A stretch of 20,700 nt of DNA from assembly GCA_039801225.1 (NCBI GenBank), contig JBDRUH010000023.1, forward strand, positions 1-20,700, given 5' to 3'. Shown one piece after another: positions 8,667-16,611 of the stretch. Made by a program: the position numbers and the translations under genes. This stretch comes from a candidate division WOR-3 bacterium (GTDB lineage: Bacteria > Hydrothermota > Tepidihabitantia > Tepidihabitantales > Tepidihabitantaceae). The notes below the pieces were generated by a model. It made no database searches. It saw only the letters and a list, made by a program, of their open reading frames with translations, and was not told the origin of the DNA. Each line of letters opens with the position of its first letter. Position 1 is the first letter of the stretch.

Positions 8667-10034
8667 TTATAAAATATACCGACTGAGGTCTTTACTGGCA
8701 ACTATCGCCGAAAGTCTTTTTTCCACATATCGGGCGTTGATACGAATGGCGCGGGTCTTTGGGTCGGGCAGATGAAAGAGAACATCCTCAAGTAGGGTGG
8801 TCATTACCGTGTGCAGGCGCCGAGCGCCGATATTTTCCGTCTCCCTATTAACTTTGAAGGCAATTTCGGCAATCGCCTTAATCGCATCACGGGTAAAAGT
8901 TAACTTCACATTTTCCGCGGAAAGAAGGGCGGTATACTGTTTCAGGAGGGCATTTTCCGGTTCCACAAGTATTCTTTCAAAATCGGCTGCGGTCAGCGGT
9001 TGCAGTTCCACCCGGATAGGAAACCTGCCCTGGAGTTCTGGAATCATGTCCGAGGGTTTGACCTTGTGAAAAGCACCGGCGGCAATGAAAAGGATGTGGT
9101 CGGTGCGCACCATCCCGTATTTTGTCAAAACACCACACCCCTCAACTACTGGAAGAAGGTCGCGCTGGACACCCTCCCGAGATACATCCGGACCGGTAGT
9201 AACCGGAGCCGGATTCACCACCTTATCAATCTCATCAATAAAAACTATTCCGTTCTGTTCCACCCGCCTTTTTGCCTCCCGAACCACCTCATCCATATCA
9301 ATCAACTTCTGCGCCTCTTCTTGGGTCAAGACCCGCTTCGCCTCGGCAACAGTTAACTTCCGACGTTTGGTCTGTTTGGGTAATGTGGGCGCAAGAATCT
9401 CCTGCAACTGGATAAACATCTCCTCACCGCCAAACTGGGCAAGCATCTCGGGAAAGGGAAAGGTCTGGGTGCTGGATTTTATTTCTACAAGTTCCTGGTC
9501 AAGTTCACCGGCACGGAGTTTTTCCCTTAAGCGTTCCCGAAGAACCGGGGAGGCATTTTTGTTTTCTGCCAGAATGATTTTCAACAGTTTCTCTTCAGCC
9601 AGCGCCTCCGCCTGACTCTGGACTAAGCGCGTCTTTTCCGCCTTCACCATATTCACACCAATCTCCATCAGGTCCCGAATCATTGAATCCACATCCCTTC
9701 CGACATAGCCGATTTCGGTAAACTTAGACGCCTCCACTTTGACAAATGGCGCCTGAGCCAGTTGGGCGATGCGCCGGGCAATTTCGGTCTTTCCCACGCC
9801 AGTTGGTCCAATGAGGATGATGTTATTCGGCATAATCTCTTCCCGCAGTTCTTCTCGCACCTGACTTCTGCGCCAGCGATTACGCAGGGCAATTGCCACC
9901 GCCTTTTTCGCCTTATCCTGACCGATGATGTAACGGTTCAAATGGAGGACAATCTCTGAAGGCGTTAACGCCCGGTCACCACGGAACGGGACGAGTTCAT
10001 AATCACCGCGGCTGGAGCGAGTATCAATATTCAT
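8667..10034 (-). CDS. hslU: ATP-dependent protease ATPase subunit HslU
   Basis: [34 protein letters not shown] pore loop, [35 protein letters not shown]-terminal DLSRYIL. Confidence 0.97.
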   Translation of the reverse strand: MNIDTRSSRGDYELVPFRGDRALTPSEIVLHLNRYIIGQDKAKKAVAIALRNRWRRSQVREELREEIMPNNIILIGPTGVGKTEIARRIAQLAQAPFVKVEASKFTEIGYVGRDVDSMIRDLMEIGVNMVKAEKTRLVQSQAEALAEEKLLKIILAENKNASPVLRERLREKLRAGELDQELVEIKSSTQTFPFPEMLAQFGGEEMFIQLQEILAPTLPKQTKRRKLTVAEAKRVLTQEEAQKLIDMDEVVREAKRRVEQNGIVFIDEIDKVVNPAPVTTGPDVSREGVQRDLLPVVEGCGVLTKYGMVRTDHILFIAAGAFHKVKPSDMIPELQGRFPIRVELQPLTAADFERILVEPENALLKQYTALLSAENVKLTFTRDAIKAIAEIAFKVNRETENIGARRLHTVMTTLLEDVLFHLPDPKTRAIRINARYVEKRLSAIVASKDLSRYIL

Positions 10035-10051
10035 CTTGGAATCTCATATTT

Positions 10052-10079
10052 AAGATAGACCAATTCTTTTCACAGTCAA
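10052..10079 (-). promoter_or_regulatory. Sigma70-like promoter directly upstream of hslU
   Basis: TTGACT-N16-TATCTT. Confidence 0.5.
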
Positions 10080-10242
10080 GCAATCACCAAAATTGATTCT
10101 CTATGAATATTTAGTTTAGGTGCTTGCTTTCCTCATCGGGCGCTCCAGGTGGTGAAGAAGAAACCACTTTGATGAGAAAGAGAGTTCAAGGGGTTCTTTT
10201 TTGCCGAAATACACCTGCGGGAGTGGGTTATTATGGCTCTTT

Positions 10243-10671
10243 TCAGTCAACTCCAATATAACCGGTAATTTCTGCTATGAATCTCCGAAAATCAATAAGG
10301 TTTTCTTTCAGATCCTTATGGACCAATTCCGGGTCAACTCCTAAGTATTCATGAACCAAAATATTCCGAAAACGAACCAAACCTTTCATCTTTTCCGCCA
10401 ATTCCCAACTAATAATTTTCGCTTTCGCCAAATTGAGAAATAGATTCTCTTCCTCCTCGGGAAGCTCCAATCGGAGTCGGGCTAAAAGATAATTCGTAAT
10501 ATCAATACAGATTTGTGGTGCTAATTGTAATCGCCGCTCTACTGCTGCCTGTAAATCCTCGTCTTTCAGATATTATTTTAGTGGTACCGCTGAATTTTTT
10601 TCTAAGGTTATAAGAATCTTTTCCAAGCGGTTTAGCCGGCGATAGATAATTTCTTTATCTAAAGGACTCAT
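10243..10671 (-). pseudogene. HEPN/DUF86 (HepT-like) RNase toxin interrupted by in-frame TAA at 10573-10575
   Basis: From ATG 10671: MSPLDKEIIYRRLNRLEKILITLEKNSAVPLK*YLKDEDLQAAVERRLQLAPQICIDITNYLLARLRLELPEEEE...RFRNILVHEYLGVD. RX4H(XY) HEPN motif; 143 codons in one frame. Confidence 0.88.
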
Positions 10672-11077
10672 AACCCCTCATTCTTTCGTAAAGGACCTTT
10701 GCCCGGAAGCGCTCGTAGTGCCGGCGGTCGTAATAGAGAGACATTATTCTGGCTTCAAAAAGAGACCGCCGGATTGAGTCCCTTTCAAATATAAGTAAAC
10801 CTTTAATTACCCGAAAACTAATAATCAAGTCTGCCCGATTTAATACCAAGAGGTCTACCCTTTTCCTTAAGGCATCCTGAAGTTTACCACCCAATTTTAA
10901 CTCCAAATCAAATATTTAGAACTTATCTAAGGAATTATCCAACAAAACCCCAATATCAACATCGCTCTTTTTATGCCCATAACCCTCCGGGATTGAACCG
11001 AAGAGATACCCGGCAATTACCTCTGGGGTCTCTTCTAAGACCACTTTTATTTTCCGGAAATCCTCTTCATTAGTCAT
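10655..11077 (-). pseudogene. Minimal nucleotidyltransferase (MntA-like) antitoxin interrupted by in-frame TAA at 10916-10918
   Basis: From ATG 11077: MTNEEDFRKIKVVLEETPEVIAGYLFGSIPEGYGHKKSDVDIGVLLDNSLDKF*IFDLELKLGG...RVDLLVLN. GSX10DXD motif; overlaps the HEPN gene start. Confidence 0.88.
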
Positions 11078-11082
11078 AATGA

Positions 11083-11111
11083 ACAATAACTTTAAAAATG
11101 GTAAATGTCAA
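11083..11111 (-). promoter_or_regulatory. Promoter of the MNT-HEPN pair (leaderless geometry)
   Basis: TTGACA-N17-TATTGT, then 5 nt to ATG 11077. Confidence 0.55.
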
Positions 11112-11186
11112 GTATTGCGATATGGTTCCGAAAACCCCTATGGAGAAGCTGTGCGGGCGTTGACGCTAAGGCTAATAAATATGTGC

Positions 11187-11214
11187 TTGACATAACGGCA
11201 ATTGTCTCTATTGT
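11187..11214 (+). promoter_or_regulatory. Promoter of the queuosine-precursor transporter
   Basis: TTGACA-N16-TATTGT, 13 nt before ATG 11228. Confidence 0.55.
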
Positions 11215-11227
11215 CCTGTTAGTCATT

Positions 11228-11884
11228 ATGAGCGACACCGAAACCCGGACGGGAAGTGAACAGGCATTTACCGCCGTGGCGCTGGTAACCGCCGCCTATA
11301 TTGCCGCCCAGATTCTTTCTGATGTGGCAAGCCTGAGAATCATCTTCCTTTTTGGATTCAGCATTGATGCCGGCACCCTGATTTATCCCTTCACCTTTAC
11401 TTTGCGTGACCTGGTGCATAAGACCGCCGGTATCAAAACTGCCCGCCGGGTGATTGTTGCCGCCGGTGTTATCAATCTCTTTATGGCCGGACTCTTTTGG
11501 CTGGTCGCCCGCCTTCCGCCGGACAAAAGCGTTGGTCCGCAACTGGAGTTTGGAATGGTCCTTTCCCCGGTCTGGCGGATTGTTATCGCCTCCATCATTG
11601 CTGAGGTGGCATCAGAACTGGTTGATGGGGAAATTTACCAGTTGTGGGTAAACCGGGTTGGCTATCGGTTGCAGTGGATGCGGGTCTTAACCTCAAACTC
11701 GGTCAGTGTTCCCTTAGACTCGGCGCTCTTTTGCTCCCTCGCCTTTATTGGACGGATGCCGTTCCTTACCGTCCTGAGTATCTTCTGGGCAAATGTGATT
11801 CTTAAGGGTATAACTACCCTAATCTCCCTCCCGATGATTTATCTGGTGCGAGAAAGAAAATTCTCTCTCCAAAAGCAGGGCTAA
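11228..11884 (+). CDS. Queuosine precursor transporter (YhhQ/Vut_1, COG1738 family)
   Basis: Multi-TM protein with AGTLIYPFTFTLRDLV, RIVIASIIA, RVLTSNSVSVPLDSALF. Start moved to ATG 11228 because the ORF-track extension spans a promoter. Confidence 0.85.
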   Translation: MSDTETRTGSEQAFTAVALVTAAYIAAQILSDVASLRIIFLFGFSIDAGTLIYPFTFTLRDLVHKTAGIKTARRVIVAAGVINLFMAGLFWLVARLPPDKSVGPQLEFGMVLSPVWRIVIASIIAEVASELVDGEIYQLWVNRVGYRLQWMRVLTSNSVSVPLDSALFCSLAFIGRMPFLTVLSIFWANVILKGITTLISLPMIYLVRERKFSLQKQG

Positions 11885-11897
11885 AGCCTTACCCTAC
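11875..11897 (-). repeat. GTAG-type REP element (copy B), overlapping the transporter stop codon
   Basis: Reverse complement GTAGG-GTAAGGCT-TT-AGCCCTGC. Confidence 0.75.
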
Positions 11898-11964
11898 ATA
11901 TATCTCCAATGTAGCCTACTCCGCTTGACAGGTTGCAAAACCGCTAATTTTAGGTTTGCATTAC

Positions 11965-11992
11965 TTGACAACAACACAGCCGTTAGTAAATT
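11965..11992 (+). promoter_or_regulatory. Promoter of aspS (leaderless geometry)
   Basis: TTGACA-N16-TAAATT, 6 nt to ATG 11999; no Shine-Dalgarno. Confidence 0.6.
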
Positions 11993-11998
11993 GATGCT

Positions 11999-13303
11999 AT
12001 GGAAAGAACTTTAGCCGCGGAACTGCCCAAACTCATTGGCAAAGAAGTCCGACTATTGGGTTGGGTGCATCACATCCGTCAATTGGGAAAAATATCGTTT
12101 ATCCTCTTGCGCGACCGCTCGGGAATCGCCCAGATTATCACCAATGAGCCAGAAAAGTTCAACCTTGCCAATCTCCAGCGTGAGTCAATTGTTGAGATTG
12201 TTGGTAAAGTAAAACCCGAACTCCAGGCACGACAGGGGGTGGAGGTGGAACTAAATTCCATCAAGGTTTTAGTAACTCCGCTCGCCCCATTACCATTTGA
12301 GGTTAACCGTTCCCGAAAAAAGTTAAACCTTAAACTGGATATGATTTTAGACCACCGGGCATTTTCTCTGCGTAACCCGGAGTTTGGTGCGGTATTCCGG
12401 GTCCAGGCGGAAATTGTCCGCTCCTTCGCCGAGTTCTTACGCCGCGAGGGTTTTCTTGAAGTTCATACTTCAAAGATTATCGCCGCTGGCACTGAGGGTG
12501 GCACCGCCCTTTTCCCAATCCAGTATTTTGAAAAGAAGGCTTATCTGGCGCAGAGTCCACAGTTCTACAAACAGATGCTGGTTGGTGCGGGTTATGAACG
12601 GGTGTTTGAGGTCGGGTTTGTCTATCGCGCCGAGGACCACGCCACATCAAGGCACATCAATGAGTATCTCTCGCTTGATTACGAGATGGGGTTTATTGAA
12701 TCCTATCGGGATGTAACTAAGTTGGAGAACAAATTACTCAAGGAGATGGTGGAAAATCTCCGGGTCAACTGTGCTGAGGAGTTAAAACTTCTTGATGCCC
12801 AATTGCCCGAAGTGGGCGACATTCCCGAGATTAAATTCTCTGATGCGCTTGATGTTTTAAAACGGGATTATGGCCGAGATATTACTAAAATGAGCGACCT
12901 GGACCCGGAGGCGGAGAGACAGTTGTGTGAATATGCCCAGAAGGTTTATAAAAGCGAGTTTATCTTTGTTACCCACTATCCGCGCAAGACCCGACCATTT
13001 TACACAATGTGGGACCCTCTTGACCCGGAATATACCTTCGGCTTTGACCTGCTTTTCCGCGGTCTTGAGGTAACAACCGGCAGTCAGCGCATCCACGACT
13101 ACAATATGCTCTTAGAAAACATCCGCTACTTCGGAATGAACCCGGAAAGTTTTGAGTTTTACCTGGAGATATTCAAATATGCTGTCCCACCGCACGGCGG
13201 TCTGGCAATAGGCGCTGAGAGGCTCACCCAGCAGTTTTTAGGTCTTAGTAATGTCCGGGAGGCAAGTTTCTTCCCGCGTGACCGCTTCCGTCTGACACCA
13301 TAA
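11999..13303 (+). CDS. aspS: Aspartate--tRNA ligase, short archaeal/AspRS2 type (no GAD insertion)
   Basis: OB-fold GWVH...LRDRSG, GTEGG, AQSPQFYKQ, YRAE...RHINEY, FDLLFRGLEVTTGSQRIH, PPHGGLAIGAERL, FPRD; 434 aa. Confidence 0.93.
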   Translation: MERTLAAELPKLIGKEVRLLGWVHHIRQLGKISFILLRDRSGIAQIITNEPEKFNLANLQRESIVEIVGKVKPELQARQGVEVELNSIKVLVTPLAPLPFEVNRSRKKLNLKLDMILDHRAFSLRNPEFGAVFRVQAEIVRSFAEFLRREGFLEVHTSKIIAAGTEGGTALFPIQYFEKKAYLAQSPQFYKQMLVGAGYERVFEVGFVYRAEDHATSRHINEYLSLDYEMGFIESYRDVTKLENKLLKEMVENLRVNCAEELKLLDAQLPEVGDIPEIKFSDALDVLKRDYGRDITKMSDLDPEAERQLCEYAQKVYKSEFIFVTHYPRKTRPFYTMWDPLDPEYTFGFDLLFRGLEVTTGSQRIHDYNMLLENIRYFGMNPESFEFYLEIFKYAVPPHGGLAIGAERLTQQFLGLSNVREASFFPRDRFRLTP

Positions 13304-13310
13304 AATTCAC

Positions 13311-13338
13311 TTGACTTTTAACCTTTTTTTATTATTAT
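13311..13338 (+). promoter_or_regulatory. Promoter of the secreted CTD protein
   Basis: TTGACT-N16-TATTAT. Confidence 0.5.
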
Positions 13339-13358
13339 AAATGTAAATGAAATGATGA

Positions 13359-13382
13359 TGCAAACCAAAAGGTTTGCCCTAC
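13359..13382 (-). repeat. GTAG-type REP element (copy C)
   Basis: Reverse complement GTAGG-GCAAACC-TTTT-GGTTTGC-A; one mismatch to copy A. Confidence 0.85.
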
Positions 13383-13442
13383 ATTGGACGATGTAGGCAG
13401 ATTAAAGATTTAGTCTTCTTTATTAAAGAAAGGAGTAGTTAA

Positions 13443-15167
13443 ATGCGTAAAATAGTGTTAGCCTGTCTTGTTATTGGTGTGGCAATAGCAATGGCGGACT
13501 CCGAAGTATGGTTCGGTCCGAATCCAACGCTTCACTACCAAATTCCCAATCCTGAGCCTGGAATCTTCCCACCGGTCCCGGAAATTTTCAACCCTGACCT
13601 TGACACCTTCCGTTACGACGACAATGTCGCCTGGAGCGCCTGGGCATACAACCAGGCGGGTAGTGGCTGGGGTGTAAAGTTTATCAGCCCGGCGAGCAGT
13701 ATTACCCTTGACGGTGCCCTGATTCACTTCTATTCTGGCTGGCCTGACCCCGGTGGTACCCGAGCACTGGTAAAGGTGTTTGCCGATGACGGACCAAATG
13801 GAACACCGGGCACCGAACTCTGGCACTCCGATACCTTAACCATTACCCGCGGGCAATGGAATTATATCCCCATCAACGAACCAATAGTTGGTTCAAACTA
13901 CTATATCTTCTATGTTCAGGCCGACTCCTATCCCAATTGCCCCGGACTTTCCATTGATATGGCGGACAATGCGCCTTCGGGTAGAATGTGGCGATATATT
14001 GGCGGCGGCAATTTTGCCGAAGATGCAACCCCGGGTGACTGGCTGATTCGCTCGGTTGTTGACTGGACACCACCAACAGTTAATGCGACAACGATTTATT
14101 GGGGGCTCGCAATGCCCCGGGAGACCGTTCCGGATGTAAACCTCCCGGTTAGGGCGGTAATCAGAAATCTGGGCACCGACACATTACCCATCGGCACACC
14201 GGTTCGGCTGCATATCACCGGTCCGAATGGTTACACCTATGACGATACAATGCTCACCACCGCCAAACTGGCACGGCGTCAGACCGCCCAAATCGTCTTC
14301 TCCCCTACCTGGCGAATTCCTCAAGAGGAAGGTGATTACCAGATTTCGGTCTGGACCGAGGCGGCGGGCGAGATGTATCCCAATGATGATACTATCTTCC
14401 ATAACCTTGGGGTTGCCAGATGGATTGAGTATGCCAACTTCAACCGACCCTACTGGATTTGTTGGCCAGGACCGGAACGCGGAACAAAGTTCAATCCAGC
14501 GAATTTTGGTCTTCAGTATCCAGTAGATATAAAAAGGGTGCGAACCCAGTTCTATCTTCTTCTTCCTCAGCAACCCTGGCCTGACTCCACCTTCCGATTC
14601 AAAATTTATGCTGGTGATGGTATGACCCTTCTCTATGAGTCGCCAGACCTTGAGGCGCCACCAGGTATGCCCGGACCACCATTCGCCTATACCCTTGACT
14701 CAATAGTTTCTATCCCTTCGGGTGAATTCTACATTATGGTGATGCCAATTCATACCTCTGGACACCCCTCAACCTGTTGCGATGATACCACCAATGGTCG
14801 GAGTTATTACGGTTCACCCGGAGGGTGGACTCCCTGGACTTATGGTGAATTTTTCATCTCCTTCTCAGTTAAACCGCCGGTTGGTGTTACAGAAGGCTAC
14901 AACCCGACTCTGCGTTACGCTGAATTGAGATTTACCAACCCGGCAAATGAGCGGATGGAAATCAAATGGCAGATACCAGCAGTTTCCAAGGTCAAATTGA
15001 ATATTTACGACCCAACTGGCAGACTGGTGCGTAACCTCTACTCCTCTGATGCGGCTCGTTCCGGAAGAGTTGCGGTTGACTTAAAATCACTCGCCGCAGG
15101 TGTATATCTTGTTCGACTGGAGAGCCCGGCTGGTTCAACAAGCCGGAAGTTGATTATCAACCGGTAA
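13443..15167 (+). CDS. Secreted beta-rich protein with CARDB-like Ig domain and T9SS type A-like C-terminal sorting domain
   Basis: Signal peptide MRKIVLACLVIGVAIA; central VRAVIRNLG...YQISVWT...YPNDDT; C-terminal NP...VKLNIYDPTGRLVRNL...LAAGVYLVRLE...SRKLII; AAGGAG RBS. Confidence 0.8.
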   Translation: MRKIVLACLVIGVAIAMADSEVWFGPNPTLHYQIPNPEPGIFPPVPEIFNPDLDTFRYDDNVAWSAWAYNQAGSGWGVKFISPASSITLDGALIHFYSGWPDPGGTRALVKVFADDGPNGTPGTELWHSDTLTITRGQWNYIPINEPIVGSNYYIFYVQADSYPNCPGLSIDMADNAPSGRMWRYIGGGNFAEDATPGDWLIRSVVDWTPPTVNATTIYWGLAMPRETVPDVNLPVRAVIRNLGTDTLPIGTPVRLHITGPNGYTYDDTMLTTAKLARRQTAQIVFSPTWRIPQEEGDYQISVWTEAAGEMYPNDDTIFHNLGVARWIEYANFNRPYWICWPGPERGTKFNPANFGLQYPVDIKRVRTQFYLLLPQQPWPDSTFRFKIYAGDGMTLLYESPDLEAPPGMPGPPFAYTLDSIVSIPSGEFYIMVMPIHTSGHPSTCCDDTTNGRSYYGSPGGWTPWTYGEFFISFSVKPPVGVTEGYNPTLRYAELRFTNPANERMEIKWQIPAVSKVKLNIYDPTGRLVRNLYSSDAARSGRVAVDLKSLAAGVYLVRLESPAGSTSRKLIINR

Positions 15168-15182
15168 AATTAACCGATTATT

Positions 15183-15216
15183 TAAAGGGGCTTGGTTACA
15201 AGCCCCTTTATTTTTC
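15183..15216. terminator. Intrinsic terminator between convergent genes, probably bidirectional
   Basis: Perfect 12-bp stem TAAAGGGGCTTG-gtta-CAAGCCCCTTTA followed by TTTTT. Confidence 0.85.
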
Positions 15217-15576
15217 TTTTTCCAGCCGATAGAGTTCCTCATCGGAAAACCCGAAGTAATGCCCAATCTCGTGGATTGTAACCCGGCGCACCAGTTCGCG
15301 CATCTCCTGTTCAGTTGAACACCGCACCTCTATCGGCTTCTGAAATATAATTATTGTGTCGGGCAGGACATTGCCATAAAATGGACCGCGGCGGTTATAG
15401 GGAACGCCCTGATAAACACCGAGGATTGACCAAGGGTCTTTACCCAACCTTTCTGCCAGTTCTTGGGGCGCAATCGGCAGAACCATCACCTGAAGGTTCG
15501 CTATTTTTGAACGGAAGAAGTCAGGAATCCGGTTGACCTCATCCTCAACCAGTTTCAGAAAGGTTTCGCTGTCCAA
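15208..15576 (-). CDS. Zincin-like metallopeptidase family protein (DUF1025-like)
   Basis: LGVYQGVP, PDTIIIFQKPI, HEIGHYFG (HEXXH). Start set at TTG 15576 because the ORF-track extension to 15699 runs through REP repeats. Confidence 0.8.
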   Translation of the reverse strand: MDSETFLKLVEDEVNRIPDFFRSKIANLQVMVLPIAPQELAERLGKDPWSILGVYQGVPYNRRGPFYGNVLPDTIIIFQKPIEVRCSTEQEMRELVRRVTIHEIGHYFGFSDEELYRLEKEK

Positions 15577-15597
15577 GCGCTCAAGAGAAAGTATTAT

Positions 15598-15653
15598 GTA
15601 GGGCAAGGCTTTAGCCTTGCTTTCCCGAATGCAAACCTGAAGTTTCGCCCTAC
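15598..15653. repeat. REPIN-like inverted pair of GTAG REPs (copies D and E)
   Basis: GTAGG-GCAAGGCT-TT-AGCCTTGC (15598-15620), 9-nt spacer, then inverted TGCAAACCTGAAGTTTCGCCCTAC (15630-15653). Confidence 0.85.
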
Positions 15654-15742
15654 AAGTGGATTTGATTGAATCCAAACCAGAAGGTAGTGGCTTTGCCATC
15701 TGCTAAGGCAGAGTGCCCTACTTTTTGTTCGGAATAACATCT

Positions 15743-16429
15743 TTATCCCCTTGCTCCGAAAAGTGCTGTGCCGATTCGCACAATTGTTGCCCCCTCTTCA
15801 ATGCCCACCTCAAAATCGGCACTCATTCCCATAGAGAGATGCGGCAGAGCGATACCAAACTTCTGCTGTGCCTGTTCGGCAAGTTGGGCAAGTAACTTAA
15901 AACAGGGTCTTGAAGCCTCTGGCTCCTCAATCGCCCAGCCCGGACCGATGGTCATCAGACCCAAAAGTTTTAACCGGGAAAGTTCTAAAACCGCCTTGAT
16001 TAAATCAAACAGCCCCTCGGGCTGAACTCCATGCTTTGTTGGTTCATTAGAGGTATTAACCTCAATCAAAACGGGCATAATTTTATCCATCTGCTCACAG
16101 CGACGCTGAATCTCCTGGGCGAGGTGGACGGAATCAACGCTCTCAATAATCTGAAAAAGTTGTAAAGCCTTTTTCACCTTATTGGTCTGCAGGGTGCCGA
16201 CCAGATGCCACTCAATTTTTTCCTGAATCAACGGAATTTTTGCCTGAGCCTCCTGAACCCGGTTTTCCCCGAAATGGCTAACACCGACATCAATCGCCTC
16301 CTTAATCATCTCAACCGGCTTGCCCTTGGCAACCGCCACCAGGGTAATCTCATCCGGACTTCTCTTTACCTTTTCGCAGGCTCGGGCGATGCGCGCTTTG
16401 ATTAAATCAAGGTTTTCTTTAACACCCAT
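15743..16429 (-). CDS. yggS: PLP homeostasis protein, YggS family
   Basis: LVAVAK (PLP lysine), FGENRVQEA, WHLVGTLQTNK, GLMT, LSMGMSADFEVGIEEGATIVRIGTALFG; ATG 16429 is 6 nt after TATAAT. Confidence 0.93.
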   Translation of the reverse strand: MGVKENLDLIKARIARACEKVKRSPDEITLVAVAKGKPVEMIKEAIDVGVSHFGENRVQEAQAKIPLIQEKIEWHLVGTLQTNKVKKALQLFQIIESVDSVHLAQEIQRRCEQMDKIMPVLIEVNTSNEPTKHGVQPEGLFDLIKAVLELSRLKLLGLMTIGPGWAIEEPEASRPCFKLLAQLAEQAQQKFGIALPHLSMGMSADFEVGIEEGATIVRIGTALFGARG

Positions 16430-16435
16430 TGCCAA

Positions 16436-16463
16436 ATTATAAATCATCCCCTTGATAAATCAA
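16436..16463 (-). promoter_or_regulatory. Promoter of yggS (leaderless geometry)
   Basis: TTGATT-N16-TATAAT-N6-ATG. Confidence 0.65.
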
Positions 16464-16506
16464 TGTCTTATTTGATAGAATACTTACCCCTAGGCAAAGT
16501 TTTTTC

Positions 16507-16534
16507 TTGACAATTTCATTTTTTAGGTTATAAA
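16507..16534 (+). promoter_or_regulatory. Promoter of the orphan lipoprotein
   Basis: TTGACA-N16-TATAAA. Confidence 0.55.
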
Positions 16535-16611
16535 GGACTAATGATAATTAAACACCTTAGGTGTTATTGCCTTTTTAGAGTAAATAATCCATACCAACAA
16601 AAGGAGGATAA

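Noticed and set aside
10573..10918. Genome-wide TAA recoding as the explanation for the TA stops
   Set aside because: TAA terminates many intact genes here (ctpA, hslU, aspS, yggS).
11119..11150. Possible preQ1-I riboswitch upstream of the queuosine-precursor transporter (GGTTCcgaaAACC)
   Set aside because: P1 pairing is poor, the A-rich tail is absent, and the segment lies upstream of the predicted promoter.
11105..11227. N-terminal extension of the transporter ORF
   Set aside because: It spans the gene's own predicted promoter and overlaps the divergent MNT promoter.
15577..15699. N-terminal extension of the zincin ORF
   Set aside because: It is a translation of REP/REPIN sequence; the family-like sequence begins near TTG 15576.
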